Positions 8,941 through 18,963 of a stretch of 64,000 nucleotides of DNA are shown here, piece by piece; position 1 is the stretch's first letter, and every line of letters starts with the position of its first letter. The notes beneath the pieces are model-generated. The model was not told where the DNA came from and made no database searches. It was given only the letters and a program-made list of their open reading frames with translations. Made by a program: the position numbers and the translations under genes. This DNA is from Lentisphaerota bacterium (GTDB lineage Bacteria > Verrucomicrobiota > Kiritimatiellia > UBA8416 > JAUUYL01), in assembly GCA_030590485.1 (NCBI GenBank), contig JAUUYL010000003.1:6977-70976 (forward strand), in the 5' to 3' direction.

Positions 8941-9609
8941 CTACGAAAATATATTCTCAGCCATTATATTGTTAAAACGCTGGGTACTGTCAGGATAGCT
9001 TTCCGCAAGGGCATCGACCCAGGCGGTGGCAAGAGCAACATCGGGCTTCCTGATCTCGAACGGCGCCACACAGGAATAGAAGGTGCAGTAAACCGGCTTC
9101 TCCGTCAGACAAGAATTACTTTCGGGACCATGAAGAATACAGTTTCGACTTTCGCCAGGCTCACCATCCGGCCATTCGGTAATCTTCCGGTCAAGAAAGA
9201 CGCAGCCCGCAGACTTGCCGAGCCTGTCGATAAGCTCAGGATTTTTGGACCCGTAACTATCTATCGCGTGCCATGACACCAGATCACCATTCTGCGTCAA
9301 GGTCTTGACATAGAACAAGACAAGAGAGCCGGAGGACGACGGCATGAAACAAACATCAAAGTATCTGGCTACAAATGCAGGCAATGACAAACCCGTTTCG
9401 AATGCGTAATCCCGCCTGACCAACTCACCGCGCTCATACGCCTCATATATAAACAAAACGTTTTCGAGAATTCCGGGTCCACCCTGTATGCAGCATAGTC
9501 CGGAACAATCTGCACATACCGACGAGTCAACACTGTCACGATGATTCTTTTCCAATATCTCCGTCAACTCTTTGGGAAACTGCTCATACTTCCTGTTCTT
9601 TTGCTTCAT
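8941..9609 (-). CDS. YkgJ/UPF0153-family putative Fe-S or zinc-chelating protein
   Basis: It has a CADCSGLCC cluster and a later C...C...P...C block (NCILHGPESNSCLTEKPVYC) resembling the CxxCxxCC domain family. The start was set at ATG 9609. Confidence 0.5.
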   Translation of the reverse strand: MKQKNRKYEQFPKELTEILEKNHRDSVDSSVCADCSGLCCIQGGPGILENVLFIYEAYERGELVRRDYAFETGLSLPAFVARYFDVCFMPSSSGSLVLFYVKTLTQNGDLVSWHAIDSYGSKNPELIDRLGKSAGCVFLDRKITEWPDGEPGESRNCILHGPESNSCLTEKPVYCTFYSCVAPFEIRKPDVALATAWVDALAESYPDSTQRFNNIMAENIFS

Positions 9610-9751
9610 ATGAATAATCATAAGAAACTGTACCGTTTTTCGCAAGAACAGACACGGCACCCTCTGGAATGACGGCAGGATCATTCTCTTCTCGGTAAGT
9701 TATTTGATAGCAGAATATTGTGTAACTTCAACACGATACTTGTGTAAATCC

Positions 9752-9884
9752 TAATGACGAAATACCCAAGCCAGAATGAAATCCGAAACTCAAATGCCTA
9801 AGAATGCATCGAACAGCCCCAGACTCAGGCCTTTTTTCGAGCTTCGGGTTTATGCATTCATTAGTGCTTGGGTATTTCGTCATT
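9752..9884. repeat. long nested inverted repeat (about 133 nt hairpin) in the recN upstream region
   Basis: The outer arms TAATGACGAAATACCCAAGC (9752-9771) and GCTTGGGTATTTCGTCATT (9866-9884) pair. The inner arms CTAAGAATGCAT and ATGCATTCATTAG also pair. Confidence 0.4.
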
Positions 9885-10080
9885 CGTCATTATTGGCAAG
9901 TCTCTCCATTTCAGATAGTTAACTCTATGGAGAGATTGGCCCTGGGAATGATGGGCTTTGTGGTGATGGCTGTGTGTTAAGGCTCGCGAGGACGCTCGCC
10001 CTCCATGTTACTTGAAAGCTTACTGCTTCGACGAAGCCGTGTCCCTTGACAGCCGACAGCCGACACTCTATTCTTCTCAC

Positions 10081-11754
10081 ATGTTACAAACACTGAACGT
10101 TAAGAATTTGGCTATAGTCGAGAATATCGAAATCGAGTTCGAGCAGGGCCTAAATGTAATCACAGGGGAAACCGGCGCAGGAAAGTCGATTATCGCTGGT
10201 GCCCTCAACCTGATTCTTGGCGATCGGGCGGACAAGAACATGATTCGCGCGGGTGAAGATAAATGCAGCGTAAACACATCATTTCAATTCGAAGACACAT
10301 CAGTGATAGATGCTGTTCTTGATAACCTGGGCATTGACGCATGTGAAGACGGACAGCTTCTCATCCGCAGAATCATATCTACATCCGGATCCGGCAAGAA
10401 CATGATCAACAACTGCCCGGTTACCCTGCAAGCCCTCAAGCAGGCAGGAACCGTACTGGTAGACATGCACGGTCCGCACGACCATCAATCTCTTCTCAGC
10501 AAAGATTTTCAGCTCGATCTTCTGGATGCGTTTGGCCACACACAGGATACCGGCTCTAAATACGAGGCCATCTACAAGGAAGTCCTGGATCTCAGAAACA
10601 AACTCCATGACCTGGATGGTGACGATCAGGAAGTTGCTCAGCAGATAGATCTTCTGGCATACCAGGTCAACGAGATAGAAAACGCCGAGTTGTCTGAAGA
10701 CGAAGAAGAGGAACTTAAGAAGAACCATACAATTGCCGCCAATACACAACAGATTCTCGAACTGAGCAACGGTATTAACAGCGCACTGACCGAGAGCGAT
10801 GAAGCCGCGTTTAACAATATCGCTGCGGCTCAGAACATGTTGCGCGAACTGTCGGGCATACTTGATGATGCGGAGGAATGGGAAACGGAAGCTGAATCCA
10901 TAAACATACAAATACAAGAGCTGACCAAGAATGTCAGCGATTACGCCTACACTCTTGATGCTGACCAGAACAATCTGCAGGAACTCGATGACCGCATGAC
11001 TCTCATTCATTCACTGAAGAGAAAGTATGGAGAAACGATTCCTGATATACTTGAGTTTCACTCCAAAGCCAAAGATCGGCTTGATGATTTGAATTCGCGG
11101 GGTGAAAGAATAGCCGAAATAAACACATCGCTCGAAAGAACCACAAAAAAGATTGTTAAAACCGGAGCGAAACTCAGCAAAGACCGTAGTGATGCTGCAA
11201 TCGACTTAGGGGAAGCTATTACGAAGGAATTGCATCATCTCGGTTTTGAGCATGGCTCGTTCACTGTAAACCTCGAATCCACAGAACCAGGACCGAAAGG
11301 AATGGACGATATAGAATTCGGGTTCGCTCCCAACGTAGGCGAACCCTCACGGCCATTACGCGCAATAGCATCCAGTGGCGAGATCTCGCGCGTTATGCTC
11401 GCTACAAAAGCTGTCCTGGCTAAACATGACAAGATTCCCATACTTGTCTTCGACGAGATTGACTCTAATGTAGGAGGCGAGATGGGTAATGCAATAGGCA
11501 AGAAGCTTGCCGTCGTCGCGAGCAATCATCAGGTTCTGTGTATTACACACCTGCCGCAAGTCGCGGTGCATGGAACAAACCATCTGGTCGTTTCAAAAGC
11601 AATACAGGACAACCGAACTCGCACACAGATCAAGAAAGTAACGAAAGACGACCGGGCAGAAGAAGTCGCCCGTATGCTCGGAGGGAAAGATCTTACCAGC
11701 GTAACGCTCGACCACGCCCGTGAAATGCTTACGCCTTCGGCGCGTGAATCGTGA
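10081..11754 (+). CDS. recN: DNA repair protein RecN
   Basis: The N-terminus reads MLQTLNVKNLAIVENIEIEFEQGLNVITGETGAGKSI (SMC-like Walker A). It has coiled-coil central regions and a C-terminal signature/Walker B region. The track's TTG start at 10012 was replaced by ATG 10081. Confidence 0.9.
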   Translation: MLQTLNVKNLAIVENIEIEFEQGLNVITGETGAGKSIIAGALNLILGDRADKNMIRAGEDKCSVNTSFQFEDTSVIDAVLDNLGIDACEDGQLLIRRIISTSGSGKNMINNCPVTLQALKQAGTVLVDMHGPHDHQSLLSKDFQLDLLDAFGHTQDTGSKYEAIYKEVLDLRNKLHDLDGDDQEVAQQIDLLAYQVNEIENAELSEDEEEELKKNHTIAANTQQILELSNGINSALTESDEAAFNNIAAAQNMLRELSGILDDAEEWETEAESINIQIQELTKNVSDYAYTLDADQNNLQELDDRMTLIHSLKRKYGETIPDILEFHSKAKDRLDDLNSRGERIAEINTSLERTTKKIVKTGAKLSKDRSDAAIDLGEAITKELHHLGFEHGSFTVNLESTEPGPKGMDDIEFGFAPNVGEPSRPLRAIASSGEISRVMLATKAVLAKHDKIPILVFDEIDSNVGGEMGNAIGKKLAVVASNHQVLCITHLPQVAVHGTNHLVVSKAIQDNRTRTQIKKVTKDDRAEEVARMLGGKDLTSVTLDHAREMLTPSARES

Positions 11755-11991
11755 AGCGTGAATCGTCGTTCGTGATTATAGGCTCTGGAATGTTTTGACA
11801 GACTACGAGGGCTAGGGAAGCCCGATGAAGAATTCGAGCGCAGCGAGAAGGTCCCAGCCTGCCCCCGACCAGGCGAAGGATTGAGACGATGGGAATCGGC
11901 GAGTCAATTTACAGAATGGGATGGTAGGCTGGGTGCTGGGAAAGATAATATTCCGCCTGAAATACAGAAATCACCTCATCACGTTTCACTC

Positions 11992-12852
11992 TTATATACT
12001 CTTTCCGCGCCAGCCAAGCTTCTGTCTCAAGACATCAAAGTAACTGTGACCGGGCAGATGTAACATGCTCACCGTGCGCGCACTCCTCTTTACTTCAACG
12101 TAATCGTCCAGACTTAAATCCTGCCCCACCTGACCGTCAACTGAAAGCAAGATGTCACCTGCTGTCTCCATAACATGGATTCGCACCTTGCTGTCATCAG
12201 ACAGAACAAGTGGGCGCGAGCTGAGAGTGTGAGGACATATCAGACTTATCACAAAAGCGCCTGTCTCCGGCGGAAGAATCGGTCCACCAGCAGAAAGAGA
12301 ATGCCCCGTACTGCCAGTCGGCGTGGCAACGATGAGACCATCACATCTATAGGAAGTGATCGGCTCATCATTCGCGGAGACATCAAGTGTCATTACCCTG
12401 GATATTGGACCATTGGTCACGACAGCATCGTTCAACGCATGATAATGCCCCAACTCCTTTCCATCTCTCAAAACAGAGCAATGCAGCAACATACGTTGGC
12501 TGATATCGTACTCGTCATTGGCAAGACACTCCAGCGCACGGTCGAAGCTATCTTCCGCAACGCTCGTCATAAAACCTAATGCGCCAATATTAAAACCTAT
12601 TATCGGCTTATCCCTGCCATCAAGCTCCCTTACCGCCCTGAGCATTGTCCCGTCACCACCCAGCGCCAACACAACATCGACAGTATCAAACATCTCGTCG
12701 TACGAAACCGGCTGTGCACCTTCAAGAAGCTCCGCAGTACATTCATCGGCATATAGCTCAAGCCCCAACTCACCAGCTTTGCTCCATATCTGCGAGAGAA
12801 CTGCCGGCGCTCTGCTCTTCTTATAATTAGCGATAATTCCTATTTTTTTCAT
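11992..12852 (-). CDS. nadK: NAD+ kinase
   Basis: It has the GGDGT motif (VVLALGGDGTMLRA) and NE/D...D motifs. The length of 286 aa is typical. Confidence 0.9.
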   Translation of the reverse strand: MKKIGIIANYKKSRAPAVLSQIWSKAGELGLELYADECTAELLEGAQPVSYDEMFDTVDVVLALGGDGTMLRAVRELDGRDKPIIGFNIGALGFMTSVAEDSFDRALECLANDEYDISQRMLLHCSVLRDGKELGHYHALNDAVVTNGPISRVMTLDVSANDEPITSYRCDGLIVATPTGSTGHSLSAGGPILPPETGAFVISLICPHTLSSRPLVLSDDSKVRIHVMETAGDILLSVDGQVGQDLSLDDYVEVKRSARTVSMLHLPGHSYFDVLRQKLGWRGKSI

Positions 12853-12861
12853 AGTCTCACA

Positions 12862-13956
12862 CTAGAATTTTTTTATTGCGGGAGATTTCTTGAGGGGTAG
12901 CTTCACTTCTTTCCCACCACTCGCCGCAGATTTGTAGATTGCCAGTATCAACTCGACCGATTTTCGCGCCTCTTTCCCGTCAATAGCAGGATTCTTTCCA
13001 GCCCTGATCGCCTTGACTGCAGCCTCGAAATTCAATTTGTGAGGCCTATAATCAATCGCAGTCGGATCCGCCGCGCCGACAGCGACCGCGCCAGCCTTCG
13101 CACCCAGATCCTTCATGATTTGCTCATCCGCCTTGAACTTTTTGCGGAAATCCCACGCGGAAATCCTGTCGTCTTTTATAAAAATAGATCCATCAGAACC
13201 ACACAACTGTACTTCTAGCGGATGTCCATCGTTTGAGAAGCAGTTCGTGGATCCCTCCATCACGCCCATGGCACCATTTTTGAATTTTAATATCGCCACA
13301 GCAATATCTTCAACCTTGATCCTCTTGTGGTTCTTCGTCCCTGCATACGCACAGACAGATTTGACGTCCCCTGCCAGATGCAGCAACAGATCAACACCGT
13401 GAATCGACTGATTCATAAGCGCTCCACCGCCGTCCATCTCCCACGTACCGCGCCAGGCACCGCTATCGTAATAATCCTGAGTTCTGTACCACTTAACGTA
13501 AGAGTCGGCCATCTGCATCTTTCCGAGACGCCCTTTATCAATTGCATCTTTCGCCTTGATACTGGCCTCATAAAACCGTCTCTGGAAGACGCCTGCCAGC
13601 ATCACCTTGTTCTTTCGGCATGCGGCTATCATCTTGTCTATACGTTCCAGCTTAATCTCAAGTGGCTTTTCGCAAATGATGTGCTTTCCCGCATTCGCGG
13701 CAGCAATAACCGGCTTCATATGAGAACCGCTTGGAGTCGCAATCGTCACGATATCAAGACCCGGATGATTCAGGAATTTCTTCAGATCAGAATAAGCCGT
13801 ACAGGCTACCTCATCACCAAACCGCATAGCACTCTCAGAAATAGTGTCGAAAACACATTCCAGATGTCCGCCGCGCATCTCGGCAATAGCTTTCGCGTGA
13901 AAGCGGCTGATCATCCCGCAGCCAATAATTCCAAATCCATAATTTCTCTTCTTCAT
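12862..13956 (-). CDS. Gfo/Idh/MocA-family NAD(P)-dependent oxidoreductase
   Basis: The N-terminal Rossmann GxGxxG reads FGIIGCGMISRFH, followed by an EKP motif (ICEKPL) and the C-terminal alpha/beta domain typical of the family. Confidence 0.85.
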   Translation of the reverse strand: MKKRNYGFGIIGCGMISRFHAKAIAEMRGGHLECVFDTISESAMRFGDEVACTAYSDLKKFLNHPGLDIVTIATPSGSHMKPVIAAANAGKHIICEKPLEIKLERIDKMIAACRKNKVMLAGVFQRRFYEASIKAKDAIDKGRLGKMQMADSYVKWYRTQDYYDSGAWRGTWEMDGGGALMNQSIHGVDLLLHLAGDVKSVCAYAGTKNHKRIKVEDIAVAILKFKNGAMGVMEGSTNCFSNDGHPLEVQLCGSDGSIFIKDDRISAWDFRKKFKADEQIMKDLGAKAGAVAVGAADPTAIDYRPHKLNFEAAVKAIRAGKNPAIDGKEARKSVELILAIYKSAASGGKEVKLPLKKSPAIKKF

Positions 13957-14063
13957 ACAGCAAATGCCCCCTTTTATGTCATATCAAATGATATCGTAGC
14001 TTGATTTTTATCTCCTCTTCAAGTATTTATAGCATATTAATACTACAGAAAGGTGCTATACAT

Positions 14064-14924
14064 ATGTATTTAACTGGATTTGCTGACGAGGCCGCACAGG
14101 ACATAGACAACCAGATTCGCATAACCAAGGTGCTGGGCTGGGAAAATATTGAAGCCCGCAGTATAGACGGCATAAACATCCACGATCTTCCAGAAGACAA
14201 ATTTGACGAAGTTGCTGGCAAACTCGCTGATGCGGGCGTGAAGGTAAACTGTTTCGGCTCGACTATCTCGAACTGGGCCTCTCAGATCACTGATCCATTT
14301 GAGGATACAATCGAACGGGTCGAACGAGCCATACCGCGTATGCAGAAACTTGACACGAAGCTTATTCGCATCATGAGCTACGCTTTTCCATCCGACATGA
14401 ACGATCTACAAGAGGAAGAGCGTTTCTCCCGCCTCCGCGAGATTACCCGCAGGTTTACTGATGCAGGACTTCAGCCAGTCCATGAGAACTGCATGAACTA
14501 CGGCGGAATGTCATATCAACATACCATCAAGATGCTCGAGAATGTGCCAGGCCTGAAGCTTGTCTTTGACACCGGCAATCCAGTTTTCAACAAGGACCGC
14601 TCAAAGCCCGAGCCATGGCCCTGGCAGTCCAGCTGGGAGTTCTATTCAAATGTAAAAGAACACATCGAGTATATTCATATCAAAGACGCTCAGATGCCCG
14701 ATGGCTCTGAAGAGCCGGTATATACTTATCCCGGCGAGGGGGATGGGAACGTTAAGCGTATACTGGATGACTTACTCGCCTCAGGTTATGATGGCGGCAT
14801 CTCCATTGAACCCCACCTTGCTACAGTCTTTCATGCTGACGATGCATTCGACTCAGTCAAATGTGAAGAGACATACACAGAATATGGACAACGGATAATG
14901 AACATGCTGGGCATATCTCAATAA
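14064..14924 (+). CDS. sugar phosphate isomerase/epimerase (xylose-isomerase-like TIM barrel)
   Basis: The roughly 286-aa ORF has the conserved E/H/D metal-ligand spacing of the AP-endonuclease-2/TIM-barrel family. The start was placed at ATG 14064. Confidence 0.65.
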   Translation: MYLTGFADEAAQDIDNQIRITKVLGWENIEARSIDGINIHDLPEDKFDEVAGKLADAGVKVNCFGSTISNWASQITDPFEDTIERVERAIPRMQKLDTKLIRIMSYAFPSDMNDLQEEERFSRLREITRRFTDAGLQPVHENCMNYGGMSYQHTIKMLENVPGLKLVFDTGNPVFNKDRSKPEPWPWQSSWEFYSNVKEHIEYIHIKDAQMPDGSEEPVYTYPGEGDGNVKRILDDLLASGYDGGISIEPHLATVFHADDAFDSVKCEETYTEYGQRIMNMLGISQ

Positions 14925-14934
14925 CTACTTCCAA

Positions 14935-15219
14935 ATGAATACAACATCAAAACACAAGATATTCCCCTGGCTAAAAATTGGGGTTACGCTGGTTGTTATA
15001 AGCTACATTCTCTGGGTGCCAGTATTTCTGTTTCTGAGCCTGGCAATTGGTGCGAAGACGTGGTTATGGTGTCGCCTTGCAGGAATAACATACGGAATCA
15101 GCTGGGTGCTTTTTATAGCAGGGTTCATCATCGCAGGCTCCGATGCCACACGATTAGGACGACGTTGGATACTCAAAAAACTCAAAAAGAAAGATTCGTC
15201 GAACCCATCTGACACCTGA
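14935..15219 (+). CDS. small two-TM membrane protein, hypothetical
   Basis: The 94-aa ORF has two hydrophobic helices and a basic C-terminal tail. It lies 10 nt downstream of the isomerase gene. Confidence 0.35.
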   Translation: MNTTSKHKIFPWLKIGVTLVVISYILWVPVFLFLSLAIGAKTWLWCRLAGITYGISWVLFIAGFIIAGSDATRLGRRWILKKLKKKDSSNPSDT

Positions 15220-15245
15220 CAACACAAGTGTCGTTAACGACGTAG

Positions 15246-15635
15246 CTATTCGGAAGTGGTATCGCCTTCGCTCTCAGATTCTGAGGTCTTCTGCTCCTTC
15301 AGCTTGAAGTCAAAACATACGTCGGTCGCATCGACTTCTTTTTCGTGGAGAGAACACCGCTGAACAAAAGGATTTACGATATAATATTCACAATGGCGGC
15401 AATTCCGGGTTCGCTCTTCATCTTTAAAGATATCCAGCTTCTTAGACTTGTCGCTGTCGTTAAAGATTGCGGGTTTCTTCTGCTCTTGATAAAGGATCTC
15501 GTTCTCATTCGAGAACTCGTAGCCGCATGATATGCAAAAGACCTTTTCGCCAACCTTCTTGAACCCGTCGTAAACAGGCTCCTTGCGCACCAGGGTATCT
15601 GCGCCGCATTCAGTGCATATTATCTCCAGACTCAT
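15246..15635 (-). CDS. double zinc-ribbon protein, hypothetical
   Basis: The Cys motifs are CTEC...CISC and CRHCEYY...C, followed by an acidic C-terminal tail. It lies 5 nt downstream of alaS. Confidence 0.5.
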   Translation of the reverse strand: MSLEIICTECGADTLVRKEPVYDGFKKVGEKVFCISCGYEFSNENEILYQEQKKPAIFNDSDKSKKLDIFKDEERTRNCRHCEYYIVNPFVQRCSLHEKEVDATDVCFDFKLKEQKTSESESEGDTTSE

Positions 15636-15640
15636 GCCAG

Positions 15641-17428
15641 CTACTCCAAGACAGCTTTTATCCGTCTGACTCCCGCACTTGATGACTCTTCCTTCTTTAT
15701 CCGGAAATGACCCAGCTCGCCTGTTCTGTCAGCATGCGGGCCGCCACAAACTTCCATAGAAAAGTCGCCTATCGAATATACCTTTACCTGCTCTTCGTAT
15801 TTCCCTGCGAACAGCGCCATAGCGCCACGGCTCTTCGCCTCTTCCAGCGTCATCACCTCCATGGCAACAGGAAGATCTTTCTGAATGACATCATTGACCA
15901 TATCTTCAACCTGTTTGCGCTCTTCCTCAGTCATCCTGGCATGATGCGAAAAGTCGAATCTGAGCCTTGATGCAGTGATGTTTGATCCCTTTTGCTGAAC
16001 ATGCTCACCCAGAATATTCCGGAGGCTTTTGTGCATGATATGTGTAGCCGTATGCAATCGTTTCGTTGCATCTGAATCATCGGCCAGCCCGCCCTTAAAA
16101 GCTTTATCGGCTCCCTGCTTAGAGACTTCGCGATGTTTCTTGAATGCTTTCTCGAAGCCTGCCTTGTCAACAGTCAAGCCCTGTTCAGCGCATATCTCCT
16201 CCGTAAACTCCAAAGGAAACCCGCAGGTATCATAGAGTCTGAAGGCCACACGTCCGGAAACCATCGTCTGGCCATGCTTCTTAAGATTGTCCACCACCTT
16301 TTCGAGTTCAGCTGTTCCCTTGTTAAGGGTCTTTTCGAATTTCTCCTCTTCCCGAACGAGCTCAGCAAGAATCTTCTCCCTGTTGTCCTGCAATTCGGAA
16401 TAAACATGGCTGTAATTATCGATTACACATTCAGCAATAGGCTTTGAAAATCCTATGTCCAGATTCAGTTTCTTAGCGTAACGTACTGACAGTCTGATCA
16501 GACGCCTGAGAACATATCCTTGCCCCAGATTTCCGGGCACAATACCTTGCGAATCACCAATAATAAAGACTGAACTGCGAATATGGTCCGCTATAACTCT
16601 GAAAGCATGACCAACTTCTTCATTATCATCAATTTTCTTCCCAGACATCTTTTCGATTATGGCAATAATTGGCGTAAACAGTTCCGTTTCAAAAACCGTA
16701 CTCTTTCCCTGAAGCATAGCTATCGTTCGCTCGACACCCATGCCCGTATCAACATTATGCTGCGCGAGTTTAACGTACTCGCCAGCCTTGGTCTTCTCGT
16801 ACTGTATGAAGACATCGTTCCATATCTCGAAATACTTGCCGCAAGAACAGCCGGGTCTACAGTCTTCGCCACACAGGTCCTTACCCGTATCAATGAACAT
16901 TTCCGTGTCAGGCCCGCAGGGTCCAGTCTCGCCAGCCGGCCCCCACCAGTTGTCCTTCATGGGAAGCGCATATATCCTTTCCTCGGGAATTCCCAGTTTC
17001 TTCCATATTGCAATTGATTCATCATCACGCGGAACAGATTCGTTACCCTCAAAAACTGTGACGGACAGTTTTGACTCGTCAAAGCCGAGATATTCACTGG
17101 ACGTAAGGAACTCATGTGACCAAGCTATTGCCTCCTCCTTGAAGTAATCACCAAGCGACCAGTTGCCCAGCATCTCGAAAAACGTCAAATGGGTGCTGTC
17201 GCCCACTTCGTCAATATCTCCGGTACGGATACATTTCTGGCAATTGCAGAGACGTTTCCCTGACGGATGTTCCTCGCCAAGGAGGTACGGCACAAGCGGA
17301 TGCATTCCCGCCGTCGTAAACAATACTGTTGGATCGTTCTGAGGAATCACTGAACTGCCGGATATCCGGACATGGTTCTTTGACTCAAAGAACTTTAAAT
17401 ACATTTCCCTGAGTTCGTCTGCTCTCAC
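15641..17428 (-). CDS. alaS: alanine--tRNA ligase, short form lacking the C-Ala domain
   Basis: The class II AlaS N-terminus reads FTTAGMHPLVPYLLGEEHPSGKRLCNCQKCIRT. Editing-domain motifs are HTATHIMH and CGGPH. It has only 595 aa, against about 875 aa for canonical AlaS. Confidence 0.85.
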   Translation of the reverse strand: MRADELREMYLKFFESKNHVRISGSSVIPQNDPTVLFTTAGMHPLVPYLLGEEHPSGKRLCNCQKCIRTGDIDEVGDSTHLTFFEMLGNWSLGDYFKEEAIAWSHEFLTSSEYLGFDESKLSVTVFEGNESVPRDDESIAIWKKLGIPEERIYALPMKDNWWGPAGETGPCGPDTEMFIDTGKDLCGEDCRPGCSCGKYFEIWNDVFIQYEKTKAGEYVKLAQHNVDTGMGVERTIAMLQGKSTVFETELFTPIIAIIEKMSGKKIDDNEEVGHAFRVIADHIRSSVFIIGDSQGIVPGNLGQGYVLRRLIRLSVRYAKKLNLDIGFSKPIAECVIDNYSHVYSELQDNREKILAELVREEEKFEKTLNKGTAELEKVVDNLKKHGQTMVSGRVAFRLYDTCGFPLEFTEEICAEQGLTVDKAGFEKAFKKHREVSKQGADKAFKGGLADDSDATKRLHTATHIMHKSLRNILGEHVQQKGSNITASRLRFDFSHHARMTEEERKQVEDMVNDVIQKDLPVAMEVMTLEEAKSRGAMALFAGKYEEQVKVYSIGDFSMEVCGGPHADRTGELGHFRIKKEESSSAGVRRIKAVLE

Positions 17429-17447
17429 TGTTGATCTCCCTGCCCTG

Positions 17448-18461
17448 TTATTCCCCCGCGGCGACCTTGTCCTTGACCATAGTGATCAGTTTCTCGACGA
17501 GTTCGGGATGTTCCACCAAATGTTTTGTGGCCCCTGACTGCCCCTGCCCTATCTGTTCTCCGTCCAGAGACAGCCACGAACCTTTCTTGGTAATCAGGTC
17601 ATGTTGCATGGCACAATCGAGCACAGATCCTTCCCAGGATATTCCCTGCGAATAGAGAATATCGAATTCAGCCTCTCCGAAAGGCGGAGCGACCTTGTTC
17701 TTAACGACCTTGACTCTGGTCCGGTTGCCTATAACGGCTCCGCTGGAATCTTTTATTGCCGCAATCCTACGGATATTCAACCGGACCGAACTATAGAACT
17801 TCAGGGCGCGTCCGCCGGGAGTAGTTTCCGGGCTACCGAACATGACACCGATCTTTTCGCGAATCTGGTTTGTGAAGACGACCATGGTGTTGGTAGTAGC
17901 TATGGCTCCTGTTAATTTCCGCATAGCCTGCGACATCAATCTCGCCTGGAGCCCCATATGCGAAGCGCCCATCTCACCATCAAGCTCAGCTCGCGGCGTA
18001 AGCGCTGCGACAGAATCTATAACAACCAAGTCTATGACTCCGCTTCTAACCAGCGACTCAACGATAGTCAAAGCTTCTTCACCGGAGGTCGGCTGCGACA
18101 CAAGGAGCTCATCCAGATCAACACCTATCTTCTTGGCATAAGCAGGATCCAACGCGTGTTCAGCATCGACATACGCGGCTGTTCCGCCCGTCTTTTGCAC
18201 GTTAGCAACAAGGTGCAATGCTAATGTTGTCTTGCCGGATGATTCCGGCCCGTAAACTTCCATCACCCTGCCGCGCGGCAAGCCGCCCACGCCCAATGCC
18301 ATATCCAGGGAAAACGACCCTGTAGATACACTTGGTATGTCCTTCTTGAAATCTGCATCGCCCATTCGCATAATCGCGCCCTCACCGAATTCTTTCCGGA
18401 TCTGGGCGAGAACTGCGTCAAGATCTTTAGCTGGTTCCTTCGCCACTGTCTTCTTGCTCAT
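17448..18461 (-). CDS. recA: recombinase RecA
   Basis: It has Walker A (GPESSGKTT), L1/L2 loop regions and typical RecA length and sequence throughout. Confidence 0.95.
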   Translation of the reverse strand: MSKKTVAKEPAKDLDAVLAQIRKEFGEGAIMRMGDADFKKDIPSVSTGSFSLDMALGVGGLPRGRVMEVYGPESSGKTTLALHLVANVQKTGGTAAYVDAEHALDPAYAKKIGVDLDELLVSQPTSGEEALTIVESLVRSGVIDLVVIDSVAALTPRAELDGEMGASHMGLQARLMSQAMRKLTGAIATTNTMVVFTNQIREKIGVMFGSPETTPGGRALKFYSSVRLNIRRIAAIKDSSGAVIGNRTRVKVVKNKVAPPFGEAEFDILYSQGISWEGSVLDCAMQHDLITKKGSWLSLDGEQIGQGQSGATKHLVEHPELVEKLITMVKDKVAAGE

Positions 18462-18963
18462 AATATTCTCCCTCTGTTTTAAGAAAATCCCTGATCATCT
18501 CCAGCGCTCCGCTGGCAGCTGTTTCTTTTACCATATTTCTTCGTTTGCCACGAATGTCAAATCTGCACACCCGACAGCGTTTCCCGTCCGCAAGTGCGAT
18601 ATAAACAAGTCCTACAGGCTTCTCTTCCGAGCCGCCCGATGGGCCTGCAACCCCAGTGATGCCAACGCCAATATCAGCCATAAAGCGTCCTCTTACGGAT
18701 GTAGCCATCTGGATAGCAACCGTTTCGCTTACCGCGCCTTCCCGCCTGAGGACATCGTTCCCTATTCCCAACACCCTGTTCTTTATTTCATTCGAATATG
18801 CGATGACGCCGCCGAGAAAATATTCCGAACTGCCACTCACGGAAGTTATCTTGTGCCCTAGCAAACCGCCAGTGCATGATTCTGCAACTGCAATTTGCAA
18901 CCCCGCCGCCGCGAGAAGGACACCCACTTCATCTTCCAGTTCATACTTTTTCACTTTAGTCAT
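18427..18963 (-). CDS. cinA: CinA C-terminal domain protein (nicotinamide-nucleotide amidohydrolase PncC-like)
   Basis: The protein carries the CinA-C signature [35 protein letters not shown]. It overlaps the recA start by 35 nt. The start was set at ATG 18963. Confidence 0.8.
   Translation of the reverse strand: MTKVKKYELEDEVGVLLAAAGLQIAVAESCTGGLLGHKITSVSGSSEYFLGGVIAYSNEIKNRVLGIGNDVLRREGAVSETVAIQMATSVRGRFMADIGVGITGVAGPSGGSEEKPVGLVYIALADGKRCRVCRFDIRGKRRNMVKETAASGALEMIRDFLKTEGEYYEQEDSGEGTS

Noticed and set aside
10300-11010. 236-aa minus-strand ORF
   Set aside because: It lies entirely antisense within recN, which has strong homology support.
13327-14004. 225-aa plus-strand ORF
   Set aside because: It is antisense to the well-supported Gfo/Idh/MocA oxidoreductase gene and has low-complexity composition.
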